Source: a virus. From it: 64,000 nucleotides of DNA. The DNA lies in the IMG/VR virus record IMGVR_UViG_3300021963_004854, positions 1 through 64,000 of that record; one strand, given 5' to 3'. The translations under genes were made by a program, and so were the position numbers. This document shows positions 1-10,121 of this stretch, piece after piece. The notes beneath the pieces are model-generated. The model ran no database searches. It had not been told where the DNA came from and worked only from the letters and a program-made list of their open reading frames with translations. Every line of letters begins with the position of its first letter. The stretch's first letter is position 1.

Positions 1-1
1 A

Positions 2-109
2 ATTGGTGTAACTGTCACGCAAAATAACTTGACCGCTGCCGACTCTGCGAAAATGGAAATAACATGCACGACTGGACCATGTAATGGATACTCTTATACA
101 AAAAACTAA
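2..109 (+). CDS. 3' end of an upstream gene (partial), possibly a curlin-like/beta-repeat secreted protein
   Basis: Open frame IGVTVTQNNLTAADSAKMEITCTTGPCNGYSYTKN* ending TAA at 107-109 and overlapping the cyclase start; has a VTQ motif and a terminal Cys pair. Confidence 0.5.
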   Translation: MGVTVTQNNLTAADSAKMEITCTTGPCNGYSYTKN

Positions 110-2150
110 AAAAGTTCTACTCTCGCCTTGGTTGGCACTGATTACTTTTGCGGTATTGTTAACAGTAAAACTAGCAAACCCTTACTTGGTTGAATCCACA
201 AGATTGAAGTTTTATGATTATTTGATGCTCGGTTCGCCGACGCAATCCGAACAAATTGTAACTGTTAATATTGGGGAGAAAGCAATTGAAAAATATGGAC
301 AGTGGCCTTTCCCTCGCGAAGTCCACGCTAAAATTATTGGCGATATTTATGGCAGAGGGGCTGCTCTTGTTGGTAGCACTATACTTATGCCTGAGCCTGA
401 TAGGATGGGGACTGACGGAGTTCTTGCGAATTCCTTAACCAAATACCCAGTTGTTCTTAGTCAGACTGTGACGGCGGATTGCGGTCGACCATCCAGTCGC
501 GATGTTCGTCGGACAGGTGTTGCTGTCGTTGGCGACGGACAACCGACCGAATTTCTTCCTCAATATCCATGCGTTCTAAGTAATATTCCACCTCTTCAAG
601 AAGCCGCTGCCGGTGTTGGGATAACGTCAACCCTACCCGAGAGTGATGGGGTTGTAAGGCGAGTTCCTCTTCTATCTCAATCATCAGGCGAATACTATCC
701 CGCATTTGCTCTAGAGATGCTGCGTGTAGCTGCAGGAGACTCTTCATATCAAGCCAAGATAAATCAGACTGGGGTCGAAGCATTACGAATTCCTTCTTTT
801 GAAACAATTAAAACAGATGAATATGGAAGAACGTTTATCAATCCTAATTACCAATTTCCGTCATACGAAATTGGAAAGGATCCTTTACCTGTCCTGAGTG
901 GTAAAATCGTGATTCTTGGCGTAACTGCTGCTGGTATTTCGAATCCTGTAGCGACTCCATCAGGTGCGCAACATCCCCACGTCCTTCAGGCGAGTATTCT
1001 TGAAACTCTGATAAATGGGGATTCTGTTTCGATTCCGAACTGGTCAGTAATTGCTGATCTTGCGGCTTTTCTTGGTCTTGCTCTGGCATTGATTATTCTT
1101 TCGAGATTTCGTTTCTCTATAATTTATATCGGCATATTACTAGCTGGATATTTTTATCTGCCAGTATATCTGTTCGCCACAAAAAATATTCTCTTTGATG
1201 TAACTTTTAACATTTTTGCTATTGCTATTATCTACATTCATCTGTATACTGCTAAGTATATCTCAGAGTATCTACAGAAGCAACAGATTAAAAAGCAATT
1301 CGGTACATATCTATCGCCGGCAATGGTTGAGAAGCTCCAGAAGAATCCAGAGTTGTTGCAACTTGGTGGTGAATCCAGAGAGTTGTCAATTATGTTCACA
1401 GACGTTCGTGGCTTCACGACCATCTCAGAACACTACGGCAAGGACGTTCAAGGTCTAACAAAGATCATGAACAGATATATGACCGCGATGACTGCTAGAA
1501 TTATTGAGAATGAAGGTACTCTGGATAAGTATATTGGCGATGCTCAGATGGCATTCTGGAACGCGCCACTAGACGATAAAGACCATGCATTGAATGCCGT
1601 CCGCACTGGTATGGCAATGTTGACAGATTTAGAAAGATTTAATGATGAAGTTACTAGAGAAGGCATCCCTGCTTTTGGAATGGGCCTTGGTATCAATACT
1701 GACACCGTTGTCGTTGGCAACATGGGTTCTGATCAACGTTTTGATTATACCTGCCTTGGTGATGGAGTTAATCTCGCGAGTCGTCTTGAAGGCCAGTCTA
1801 AACCTTATGGTGTCAAGATCGTTATTGGACCAAAGACTGCGGAATATGTTTCTAACGAGTTCCAGGTAGTAGAACTTGATCTTATTGCGGTTAAGGGTAA
1901 AACCGAGCCAGTGAAGATTTACACTGTCCTCGACGAACGTGATACCCTAGGCGAAATGCAGCATGATAAGTTTCTAACTTTATATCGCGCCGGACATTGG
2001 GAAATAGCCAAAAAATTTGCCAGCGACTTAAAGAAGTGCTGGCAAGGTGAATTATCAGATTATTACGATTTGATGATTAGTCGTATCGAAGAGTTTGAGA
2101 CAACTCCGCCTGTAAATTGGGACGGGGTTTATCGGGCGACTTCGAAGTAA
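84..2150 (+). CDS. CHASE2-domain membrane adenylate/guanylate cyclase (class III)
   Basis: N-terminal TM; CHASE2 motifs GQWPFPR and DGVVRRVPL; three TM helices; catalytic motifs FTDVRGFT, DKYIGDAQMAFWNAP, DYTCLGDGVNLASRLEG, VKGK. Confidence 0.93.
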   Translation: MDTLIQKTKKVLLSPWLALITFAVLLTVKLANPYLVESTRLKFYDYLMLGSPTQSEQIVTVNIGEKAIEKYGQWPFPREVHAKIIGDIYGRGAALVGSTILMPEPDRMGTDGVLANSLTKYPVVLSQTVTADCGRPSSRDVRRTGVAVVGDGQPTEFLPQYPCVLSNIPPLQEAAAGVGITSTLPESDGVVRRVPLLSQSSGEYYPAFALEMLRVAAGDSSYQAKINQTGVEALRIPSFETIKTDEYGRTFINPNYQFPSYEIGKDPLPVLSGKIVILGVTAAGISNPVATPSGAQHPHVLQASILETLINGDSVSIPNWSVIADLAAFLGLALALIILSRFRFSIIYIGILLAGYFYLPVYLFATKNILFDVTFNIFAIAIIYIHLYTAKYISEYLQKQQIKKQFGTYLSPAMVEKLQKNPELLQLGGESRELSIMFTDVRGFTTISEHYGKDVQGLTKIMNRYMTAMTARIIENEGTLDKYIGDAQMAFWNAPLDDKDHALNAVRTGMAMLTDLERFNDEVTREGIPAFGMGLGINTDTVVVGNMGSDQRFDYTCLGDGVNLASRLEGQSKPYGVKIVIGPKTAEYVSNEFQVVELDLIAVKGKTEPVKIYTVLDERDTLGEMQHDKFLTLYRAGHWEIAKKFASDLKKCWQGELSDYYDLMISRIEEFETTPPVNWDGVYRATSK

Positions 2151-2217
2151 CTTCTAGTTCGTATAGTTCCTTCTCCATTTGAAGGAAATGTTCTTCTAGC
2201 TCTTCGTCGTTCAACAT
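2077..2217 (-). CDS. Small acidic hypothetical protein (46 aa, not in ORF track)
   Basis: MLNDEELEEHFLQMEKELYELEVTSK...LRYD*; ATG coupled to the previous stop (TAATG); overlaps the cyclase 3' end by 74 nt. Confidence 0.5.
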   Translation of the reverse strand: MLNDEELEEHFLQMEKELYELEVTSKSPDKPRPNLQAELSQTLRYD

Positions 2218-2432
2218 TAGAAACTTCTTCCGATTGTATGCTGACAAAATTGCCGAAATAGTTCCTCAAAATCGCCAGTCTTGTAGACCCATGCATCATA
2301 GAGACTCTGTGCGACAGGAATATCGCCACTTGACTTGCTAACGTAGTAACCTCGATCTGTGAGTTCTTCAATTAGTTCGCGGTCGTCAAAATCGTCCATG
2401 TAAACTTCGACTTCTGTAGTAATGCTAACCAT
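2217..2432 (-). CDS. Small acidic hypothetical early protein
   Basis: 71 aa, DDFDDRELIEEL; coupled to both neighbours by TAATG overlaps. Confidence 0.75.
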   Translation of the reverse strand: MVSITTEVEVYMDDFDDRELIEELTDRGYYVSKSSGDIPVAQSLYDAWVYKTGDFEELFRQFCQHTIGRSF

Positions 2433-2635
2433 TATGCAATCTTCCTTTTATATTCAACACGGTCTTCAAGATATTCTGTGAACGTAGCGTAGACAGGAAT
2501 GCCATTTGCTTCTAGTTCCGAATTCATTTCATCGAAGTCGGCACGTTCATACTGCCAACCATTCCATGGAACACCAAGCTGTTCAAGAAGGTGTTCTTCA
2601 CTTTCATTGATTTCGAGAATCATCACACTCTCCAT
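2432..2635 (-). CDS. Small acidic hypothetical early protein
   Basis: 67 aa, directly downstream of a near-consensus sigma70 promoter. Confidence 0.7.
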   Translation of the reverse strand: MESVMILEINESEEHLLEQLGVPWNGWQYERADFDEMNSELEANGIPVYATFTEYLEDRVEYKRKIA

Positions 2636-2648
2636 AACTTATATTCTA

Positions 2649-2677
2649 GTTATAAGCGATTCTAGACCAAATGTCAA
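2649..2677 (-). promoter_or_regulatory. Sigma70-type early promoter
   Basis: TTGACA-N17-TATAAC on the minus strand; GAATC in the spacer. Confidence 0.75.
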
Positions 2678-2691
2678 CCATTATTTTTCTA

Positions 2692-2720
2692 TTGACAATC
2701 TTGGCTATATGTTGTAATGT
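2692..2720 (+). promoter_or_regulatory. Sigma70-type promoter for the radical SAM operon
   Basis: TTGACA-N17-TAATGT, then GAGGAG RBS before ATG 2742. Confidence 0.55.
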
Positions 2721-2741
2721 GAAAGTCTTGAGGAGATTATT

Positions 2742-3143
2742 ATGTCAATGCATCTGTTAGGCCCAGCGTATACTACGACAAATACTAAGAAACGCAAAAC
2801 TGCAAACAAGGGTGTTACTAGTAGGTATGCGCAGGATTGGGTAGACTATAATAAGCAGATGAAAAAACTGGGTTGTAAGTCTAAGACTTTTGATGAATAT
2901 GTCGCATATCGTCAAGGTAAGTATAAACCTAAGTTGCGCGGCACACCTTTGCCGGAAGCATATAAGTCTGACCACCGTGAACGTTATAAATCAGTGGATG
3001 GTGTCGGCGTGACTTTCGCTAAGAAGCCCAATGAATACACTGGTACCCTGATTAAGGGTATTGCCACGATGCATAAATCTAATGCAGTACCAGTTATCAA
3101 TCAAGATCAGATGGAAGAAATTTCGAGGATGCGCCGTGGTTAA
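2742..3143 (+). CDS. Conserved hypothetical T4-like phage protein
   Basis: Strong RBS; basic protein with YTGTLIKGIATMHKSNAVPV motif. Confidence 0.8.
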   Translation: MSMHLLGPAYTTTNTKKRKTANKGVTSRYAQDWVDYNKQMKKLGCKSKTFDEYVAYRQGKYKPKLRGTPLPEAYKSDHRERYKSVDGVGVTFAKKPNEYTGTLIKGIATMHKSNAVPVINQDQMEEISRMRRG

Positions 3144-3714
3144 TTTTGACATTACAATGAAGTGGATGGAATACATCCGCAATAATCCAGAAAATGCATA
3201 TCGGTTCTCTGAAAACTTCTGGTCTAGTCAGATTGAAAGTAAGAAGTGGTTGCTTGAATGTATACCCGAAGACGCCCATACAATTTGTATTTTCGGTGGA
3301 TGGTATGGTATTCTAGCACAGTTTATTGCCGAGAAATTTCCCGACAGTTACATCGCAACAACTGACCTAGATCCTAGTTGCGAGGAAGTGTTCTATCAAA
3401 TTCGTACCAGCGATAACATTTATCATAAAACATGGAATATGCGAGATGGTATTCCTGATAGTTTGTGTCCAGACTTAGTAATCAATACAAGTAGCGAACA
3501 TGTGACGCAGGAAGTTTATGATGCTTGGTGGAACTCTATTCCAGCTGGTACTAAATACATCGTTCAAGGAAACAATCTAGAAAATCCCGAACATGTTCGA
3601 ACGTCAGATACTCTAGATGAATTTTTGAAAATTAACAAGATTAAAGACCCGCAGTATGCAGGAATGTTGCGCTGCGGTCATTTTTATAGGTTTATGGCGA
3701 CAGGTGTTAAATGA
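3136..3714 (+). CDS. Class I SAM-dependent methyltransferase-like protein
   Basis: ICIFGGWYG motif I, acidic DLD, DLVINTSSEH; likely GTG start at 3136 after GAGG. Confidence 0.75.
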   Translation: MVNFDITMKWMEYIRNNPENAYRFSENFWSSQIESKKWLLECIPEDAHTICIFGGWYGILAQFIAEKFPDSYIATTDLDPSCEEVFYQIRTSDNIYHKTWNMRDGIPDSLCPDLVINTSSEHVTQEVYDAWWNSIPAGTKYIVQGNNLENPEHVRTSDTLDEFLKINKIKDPQYAGMLRCGHFYRFMATGVK

Positions 3715-5135
3715 GCGATAATATTAGAGGTGACGAAGTTACGCCAGACTTAAAGGGCGCCTACAAAAGTGTTTATTTTGAAAACACTAAAGATATGCTA
3801 GATGGTCTTAATAAAGTTAGTCCGTCATTCTGTCTTGCTAAGTGGTTTAATGTAAGCATTCACATTCCAACTGGTAGAACCCACAGTTGTTATCACCCAC
3901 AGACCCACAAAGTTCCTCTAGAAGAACTTGCTGCGGATCCGGGTGCTTTGCATAATACAAAGTATAAGAAAGAACAACGAAAGAAGATGTTGATGGGTGA
4001 AAGACCCAAGGAATGCTCTTTCTGTTGGGATATTGAAGATACTGGTAATATGAGCGATAGAGCATATCGCAGTTTTGATGTTAATGCACCGGGAGTAATC
4101 GATGAAGCCCTAGCAGTTGGTTTTGAGGGTAATCCGGCTCCAAAATATCTTGAGGTAAACTTCAATCAAGCATGTAACTTTAAATGTGCTTATTGTTCAC
4201 CTCACTTGTCAACTGAATGGCACAAAGAAGTTAAAGAGCATGGTCCATTCAAATTAGTAGACCGGACTCACAACGACGATAGTTGGATGAAGGCACAGGG
4301 CTGGGTTCCAGACAACTCACCGACTAATCCATATTTGACTGCATTCTGGGAGTGGTTCCCTACTGTCTATGACAAACTGAAAACGTTTAGAATGACGGGT
4401 GGTGAGCCATTGATGGACAAAAACACATTTAAGATTTTTGACCATGTGAAGAAGAATCCAAAAAAGGATCTTCAACTAAGCATTACTAGCAACTGTTGTC
4501 CACCAAAAGGCCAGTGGCAAAAGTTTATCGATGACTTGAAAGAAATTACAGACCAAGATGCTATTGATCATTTCATGTTGTTCTGTAGTCTAGATACTTG
4601 GGGTAAACAGGCAGAATATATCAGGACTGGTCTAGACTTTGATGTATTACATAAGAATATTACTCAATATCTGAGAGAATCTAATAAACATTCTTTGACT
4701 TTTATTATTACATGTAATATTCTATGTTTGCCTAATTGGATGACATACTTCCAAAATATTCTGGAACTTAGAAAGACATATAACACAGATAGACAGTTGA
4801 TTTGGTTTGATACTCCTATGCTTACTGACCCAAAGTGGATGAGCATGAAGTTGGCATCTAAAGAAATGCTACAGCCTCTTCTGGACAGCATTGCATTTAT
4901 GGAAGCAAATAAAGAGACAGTAGAAAATCGTTTCAAGGGTTTCAAAGACTATGAAATCGATAAGGTTCAACGTTTGTATGACTGGGCTGTAGAGCCTATG
5001 TCTAAGGAAGACGAAATTCTCTACAAGAAAAACTTCTATAAATATTTCGAACAATACGATGCCAGACGGAATCTTAATATCAGAGAAACTTTTCCAGAAC
5101 TGGTTCACTTTATCGATGACTGCGGGAAATTATAA
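3711..5135 (+). CDS. Radical SAM protein with N-terminal twitch-like auxiliary Fe-S domain (1)
   Basis: CNFKCAYC, GGEP; N-terminal FCLAKW..SCYH..CSFCW. Confidence 0.9.
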   Translation: MSDNIRGDEVTPDLKGAYKSVYFENTKDMLDGLNKVSPSFCLAKWFNVSIHIPTGRTHSCYHPQTHKVPLEELAADPGALHNTKYKKEQRKKMLMGERPKECSFCWDIEDTGNMSDRAYRSFDVNAPGVIDEALAVGFEGNPAPKYLEVNFNQACNFKCAYCSPHLSTEWHKEVKEHGPFKLVDRTHNDDSWMKAQGWVPDNSPTNPYLTAFWEWFPTVYDKLKTFRMTGGEPLMDKNTFKIFDHVKKNPKKDLQLSITSNCCPPKGQWQKFIDDLKEITDQDAIDHFMLFCSLDTWGKQAEYIRTGLDFDVLHKNITQYLRESNKHSLTFIITCNILCLPNWMTYFQNILELRKTYNTDRQLIWFDTPMLTDPKWMSMKLASKEMLQPLLDSIAFMEANKETVENRFKGFKDYEIDKVQRLYDWAVEPMSKEDEILYKKNFYKYFEQYDARRNLNIRETFPELVHFIDDCGKL

Positions 5136-6664
5136 TGACTGACAAATTGAAGAACCACGGTGGTTCTCTTCATACTTACAAGAATGAATTCATCAACAAG
5201 CTAAGTCCATCTTTCTGTGGCGCTAAATGGTACAATGCAACTATTTGGCTTGGTACTGGGCAGACCGCTAGTTGCCATCACCCGCCCGCACATGCGATCG
5301 ATCCTAAAGAACTAGAGACAAATCCTTCTGCAATTCATAATACGCAACACAAAAAGCAGATGCGTAAGTTGATGCAAGAAGGCGTTCGTCCTAATGAGTG
5401 TGAATATTGCTGGAAAATCGAAGACATGGGTAAGGATAGTATTTCCGACCGTGTTATGAAATCAATTACATTCACCGACGAAGAAAATGTCGAAGCGCAG
5501 AATATGCCATGGGATTCAGATGTTCAACTAAGAACTCTTGAAATTAGCTTTGATAGAACTTGCAATTTTGCATGTTCGTATTGTAATCCATCCTTTAGCA
5601 CTTCCTGGGTGCGTGATATCAAGCAAAATGGTCCGTATCAGAATATTCAGAGTGACGGTCGCGGTCACTATGTTTCGTCTCATGATCATGCCAAGGGATT
5701 CAACAGCGAAGATAATAATCCCTATATTCAGGCATTCTGGAAATGGTTCGAGGGTGACCTATCGGAGCATCTAAGAGAATTGCGTATTACTGGTGGTGAA
5801 CCTCTGATGGCACCAAGTGTATGGAAGCTATTCGACTGGTTCAAAGATAATCCAGAACGAGCGCAGAAGTTGAATTTTGCCATCAATTCTAACATGCATC
5901 CTAAACAAGAGTTGCTAGACAGATTGATTGAAAAATCACATAATGTTCCTGTGCTAGATGTATATACTAGCATGGAAAGCGTGGGTAGTATGGCGGAATA
6001 CATTCGTGACGGTCTAGACTATGCTCAATGGTTTAAAAATGTTGAGCGTCTGATTAAAGAGGGTAATGTCCGTCAGATGATTTGTATGTCAACCATCAAT
6101 GGACTATGTTTACCGGGTCTAGTAGATTTTCTAACTGAAATGCGCTACTTCAAAAAGACTTACGGTTGGCAATACATGACTGTATCGTTGAACGTTCTAC
6201 GTTTTCCTAGTTTCCAGTCTTGTGCGATGTTGCCAGATGAAATCAAGATGAAATACAAGAATGAGTTGCAACAGTGGTACGATAACGTCAAAGCAAATCT
6301 TACAACAGACCTTGACCCGACCGGCAAACCTCTGTATAATCAGTGGGAACTTTCGCAGGTCGAAAGACTGATTGATTATTTAGATATTATTAAGACACCT
6401 CACGCATTTACCGCGGAGACTCCGAAACTGTATAACGATTTTAAGCAATATTATTTACAGTATGACCGTCGTCGCGGCAAGAATTTCAGAGAAACATTTC
6501 CAGTAGAATATGTTGATTTTATCAACTCTATTCCGGGTGATGATCCGGTCGCTCTTATTAAAGTGCAGGAAGAAAATCTTATTCCCAAGTTGATTCCAGA
6601 TGAAGTGTTACATGATATTAAAACAGGCGGCGGCTATGTTAGTGATGAGTTAAAGAATGAGTGA
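5135..6664 (+). CDS. Radical SAM protein with N-terminal twitch-like domain (2)
   Basis: CNFACSYC, GGEP; FCGAKW..SCHH..CEYCW. Confidence 0.9.
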   Translation: MTDKLKNHGGSLHTYKNEFINKLSPSFCGAKWYNATIWLGTGQTASCHHPPAHAIDPKELETNPSAIHNTQHKKQMRKLMQEGVRPNECEYCWKIEDMGKDSISDRVMKSITFTDEENVEAQNMPWDSDVQLRTLEISFDRTCNFACSYCNPSFSTSWVRDIKQNGPYQNIQSDGRGHYVSSHDHAKGFNSEDNNPYIQAFWKWFEGDLSEHLRELRITGGEPLMAPSVWKLFDWFKDNPERAQKLNFAINSNMHPKQELLDRLIEKSHNVPVLDVYTSMESVGSMAEYIRDGLDYAQWFKNVERLIKEGNVRQMICMSTINGLCLPGLVDFLTEMRYFKKTYGWQYMTVSLNVLRFPSFQSCAMLPDEIKMKYKNELQQWYDNVKANLTTDLDPTGKPLYNQWELSQVERLIDYLDIIKTPHAFTAETPKLYNDFKQYYLQYDRRRGKNFRETFPVEYVDFINSIPGDDPVALIKVQEENLIPKLIPDEVLHDIKTGGGYVSDELKNE

Positions 6665-7982
6665 ACGTAAAAGAGACTATCTCTTTTTCAAAAAGTCTGT
6701 ATTGGATAAAATAAGCGGAACATTTTGTGCGGCAAAATGGTACGAAGTTACTCTTTGGTTATACATGGGTTCCAATGCGAGTTGCCACCACAATCCAACT
6801 CATAGAAATGATTCTGTTGATGATCCCAGTCTTCTTCATAATACAGAACAGAAAATAGCAGAACGAAAGCAAATGCTGGCGGGTGAGAGAGTTGGTGGCT
6901 GTCAATATTGCTGGAATGCAGAAGATTCGGGTATTATCTCTGATAGAATAATGAAATCCTATGGTTATGCGTGGGATGATATGAAAAAAGATATACCACT
7001 AAAAGTAAATCCGAAAAAAATTGAGGTTGCTTTTAGTAGATCGTGTCAATTAGCGTGTGCTTATTGTAGTCCAACTTTTAGTTCTAGTTGGGCAAATGAC
7101 GTTACTGCTAATGGCTCCTACAATCTAACAACAAATACTCGATTTAATAAAGATATCAAAAACAAGTTGATTCCTGACGATGATAACAAGTATATTCAGG
7201 CGTTTTTTGATTGGTGGCCAGAACTCAAAAAAGACTTGTCAGTAGTTCGGTTCACGGGTGGCGAACCATTACTGCATCCTAGATTCTGGGAATTTTTAGA
7301 TGTTCTCCATAAAGATCAAGACTATATTGGAGACTTTATTGTAAACTCCAACTTGATACACGAAAAGGGTCAGGTACAAAAGTTTATTGATAAGACAAGA
7401 TATCTAACAGAGAACGGTAAGAATGTAGAAATACATACAAGCTGCGAATCTAGTTTAGACCATGCAGAATATACTAGAGATGGATTTGACGGTAAAGTAT
7501 GGTTAAAAAATGTTAATGATGTATTAGCGAACAGTGACATTAAAATTACTGTTACTACTGCGATAAACAATATGTCGGTGTGGTCTTTTGGTGAATACCT
7601 TAAAATGATTTCGCAATTGAAAGACAAGTATGGTACAGATAGGGTAACAACTAATTTCAATCGCGTATTGTATCCCCAGTGGCATTCTCTAGCAATATTA
7701 CCACAAAAATTAAGAATTGAAATCGCAAATGATCTTAAATTGGTTTTTGATGATTTAGAAAATCTTCAAGACGATAAATCAATTATGCCATTTCAGGATC
7801 TCTATGACTATCTAAGAAATACTAAATTTCATGATATGATATATTCTGAAAAACAAGTTCTTAAAGATGCTGTCAGTTTTTACGACCAATTTAATAAAAG
7901 ACGAAATAAAGATATTTCTGTTTTAGATCCAAGATACGTTAAATGGATTGAACAGACGAGATTGGAACTTGACAATGAGTGA
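6657..7982 (+). CDS. Radical SAM protein with N-terminal twitch-like domain (3)
   Basis: CQLACAYC, GGEP; FCAAKW..SCHH..CQYCW. Confidence 0.9.
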   Translation: MSERKRDYLFFKKSVLDKISGTFCAAKWYEVTLWLYMGSNASCHHNPTHRNDSVDDPSLLHNTEQKIAERKQMLAGERVGGCQYCWNAEDSGIISDRIMKSYGYAWDDMKKDIPLKVNPKKIEVAFSRSCQLACAYCSPTFSSSWANDVTANGSYNLTTNTRFNKDIKNKLIPDDDNKYIQAFFDWWPELKKDLSVVRFTGGEPLLHPRFWEFLDVLHKDQDYIGDFIVNSNLIHEKGQVQKFIDKTRYLTENGKNVEIHTSCESSLDHAEYTRDGFDGKVWLKNVNDVLANSDIKITVTTAINNMSVWSFGEYLKMISQLKDKYGTDRVTTNFNRVLYPQWHSLAILPQKLRIEIANDLKLVFDDLENLQDDKSIMPFQDLYDYLRNTKFHDMIYSEKQVLKDAVSFYDQFNKRRNKDISVLDPRYVKWIEQTRLELDNE

Positions 7983-9246
7983 TAGACCCGAAAAACTATG
8001 TATGATTCCTTGGGTTGGATTCAGTAATAATCCCTCTGGCTTGGCACAACCTTGCTGCTTATTTAAAGGCCATATTACAACTAACCGAGGCAATAACATG
8101 TATGTGCAAGAGCATTCGGTTAAGGATATTTTCACTAGCAAATACATGAAGGACCTTCGTCAACAATTTCGAGATGGAAAGCAACCAGAGGGTTGCTCAA
8201 CATGTTGGACAGATGAGAACAACGGATATACTAGCAAAAGAACTTTATATAATTCGCAAGTTTATCCTATGTTGGGTGTAGATGTTGACTGGCAAGATGA
8301 GCCAGAATATCCAGCTGAATACCAGATGATTATTAGTAATAGTTGCAATTTAAAATGCAGATCGTGTAGTCCGAGCCATAGCACACTGTGGCAACAAGAG
8401 TTGAAAAAATATACTGGCTCGACTCAATTTGAAATGCCGCACAAGCAAGCTGGTGATGAAAATGGCATGCTCTGGAAAACTAGACATGACTGGTATAAAA
8501 ATCTTCGCCGAATTGAAGTTGTTGGTGGTGAGCCGATGTATATCAAACAATGGCACAAGATATTTGATGAATTGATTGAGACTGGCAGATCAAAAGAAAT
8601 TGCTCTTGATATGTCTACCAACTGTAATATCATTCTTCCAGAATTGGTGCAGAAATGGATTGACAACTTTGAAAGAGTTGGTATAGGTCTAAGTGTAGAT
8701 GGAATCGGTCCCACATATAATTATATGCGTCATCCTGGAAACTGGGACGTTGTATATAACAATATGAAAACATATAACCAGATACAACACAGAAATGCTC
8801 CTTATTCACCAGACAAGAAGTTTTTCTTCCAAATAAGTTTTACTTTAAGCTGGGTAAATGCATTAGATTTGACAAGAATGCATGATTTATTGAAGAGCGA
8901 TTTTCCCACTTCGAAGATATGGAATAATTTAGTTCACTATCCCGAATGGATGTCCCTCAAGAATGCACCAGAAAAACTAAAAGGTTACCTGTATTCTATC
9001 TGGAGCCAATATGACTGGGGAGACTATCAATCTGATATTGATTCGATTATTAACTTTATGTTTTCTAATAAAGTATCAGATGAACAGTTTAAAGAATATT
9101 TTAAGCAAAATGAGATTATAGATAGTAGAAGAAGTGAAAAGCTATTTGATGTTGTACCAGAATATAAGTTCTTATTATCGGAGTTTGTAAATGAAGAATT
9201 TGATCAATCATATACGGAAGATTATTCAGACGATTATCCAAAATAG
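7975..9246 (+). CDS. Radical SAM protein with N-terminal twitch/SPASM-like domain (4)
   Basis: CNLKCRSC, GGEP; LCMIPW..PCC..CSTCW; likely ATG at 7975. Confidence 0.9.
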   Translation: MSDRPEKLCMIPWVGFSNNPSGLAQPCCLFKGHITTNRGNNMYVQEHSVKDIFTSKYMKDLRQQFRDGKQPEGCSTCWTDENNGYTSKRTLYNSQVYPMLGVDVDWQDEPEYPAEYQMIISNSCNLKCRSCSPSHSTLWQQELKKYTGSTQFEMPHKQAGDENGMLWKTRHDWYKNLRRIEVVGGEPMYIKQWHKIFDELIETGRSKEIALDMSTNCNIILPELVQKWIDNFERVGIGLSVDGIGPTYNYMRHPGNWDVVYNNMKTYNQIQHRNAPYSPDKKFFFQISFTLSWVNALDLTRMHDLLKSDFPTSKIWNNLVHYPEWMSLKNAPEKLKGYLYSIWSQYDWGDYQSDIDSIINFMFSNKVSDEQFKEYFKQNEIIDSRRSEKLFDVVPEYKFLLSEFVNEEFDQSYTEDYSDDYPK

Positions 9247-9304
9247 AAAACATAAAAAAAGATTAAAAGAATTAAGAAAAATGGATCCGTTCATTTATGA
9301 CTAA
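9191..9304 (+). CDS. 37-aa basic peptide ending DPFIYD (not in ORF track)
   Basis: GGAG RBS; MKNLINHIRKIIQTIIQNRKHKKRLKELRKMDPFIYD*; bridges rSAM4 and the SGNH gene, overlapping both. Confidence 0.7.
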   Translation: MKNLINHIRKIIQTIIQNRKHKKRLKELRKMDPFIYD

Positions 9305-10121
9305 AAATTTTCCATATAAAAGAATAATTAGTTATGGGTGCAGTCTCACTGCGGGGTCAGAACTGACAGACCATGAATTTCTTGGAATTACAGAAGATGC
9401 ACTTTTTGATCTTGTAAAAAAACGCAATATGAAGGGTTCGCATGAAGTTTTTCAGTTTTTTAAACTCACTTCAAATGCACATAAACAACTCCTAGCTAAA
9501 AATGCCGCCGCCAGCTGGCCAAATTACGTTGCGCAAAATTTTAATGTCCCCCTAGTTAATAGGGCAATGCCCGGTACCAGTTTAAGTCATGCCACCTATA
9601 ATATTCTACATGATTTACATTACAATGCGATTGAACCAGATGATTTAATACTAGTCGGAATAACATCTCATCCTCGGTGGTTTCAATTCACTGAACAAGG
9701 AGAAAAATTTGGCGGTGTATTTGGATTTCTGGGCGATGGTGAATATGTCAAACAATTAGAACTTGAATGGGCAAATCCTTATAACTTAATGTATACTCAC
9801 TATAAAGAAATAGCATTTCTTTCGGGACTTTCTGATAGACTTAATGGTCAAATAAAAATATGCTATGCATTCGGAACACCCGAATATCTGAAACATTCTT
9901 ATGGGCCAGAATTGAAAGAAAAAAAGTTTTCCGAATTTTATCAATTTGCGCTTTCCTTATATCCGCGTCATAACTTTATCGACCACACAACATCGATAAG
10001 TGAATTGGCTAGTTGGATTCATCCGACTAAACATCATGTTTTCGGTCATCCTAGGGTACAATATCATAAAATTTTTGCTAATATCATATCGGAAAATCTG
10101 GAAAAAATGTATAATGATTGA
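9297..10121 (+). CDS. SGNH/GDSL hydrolase-like protein
   Basis: Block I YGCSLTAG, block II NRAMPGTS, C-terminal GHP...H. Confidence 0.7.
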   Translation: MTKNFPYKRIISYGCSLTAGSELTDHEFLGITEDALFDLVKKRNMKGSHEVFQFFKLTSNAHKQLLAKNAAASWPNYVAQNFNVPLVNRAMPGTSLSHATYNILHDLHYNAIEPDDLILVGITSHPRWFQFTEQGEKFGGVFGFLGDGEYVKQLELEWANPYNLMYTHYKEIAFLSGLSDRLNGQIKICYAFGTPEYLKHSYGPELKEKKFSEFYQFALSLYPRHNFIDHTTSISELASWIHPTKHHVFGHPRVQYHKIFANIISENLEKMYND

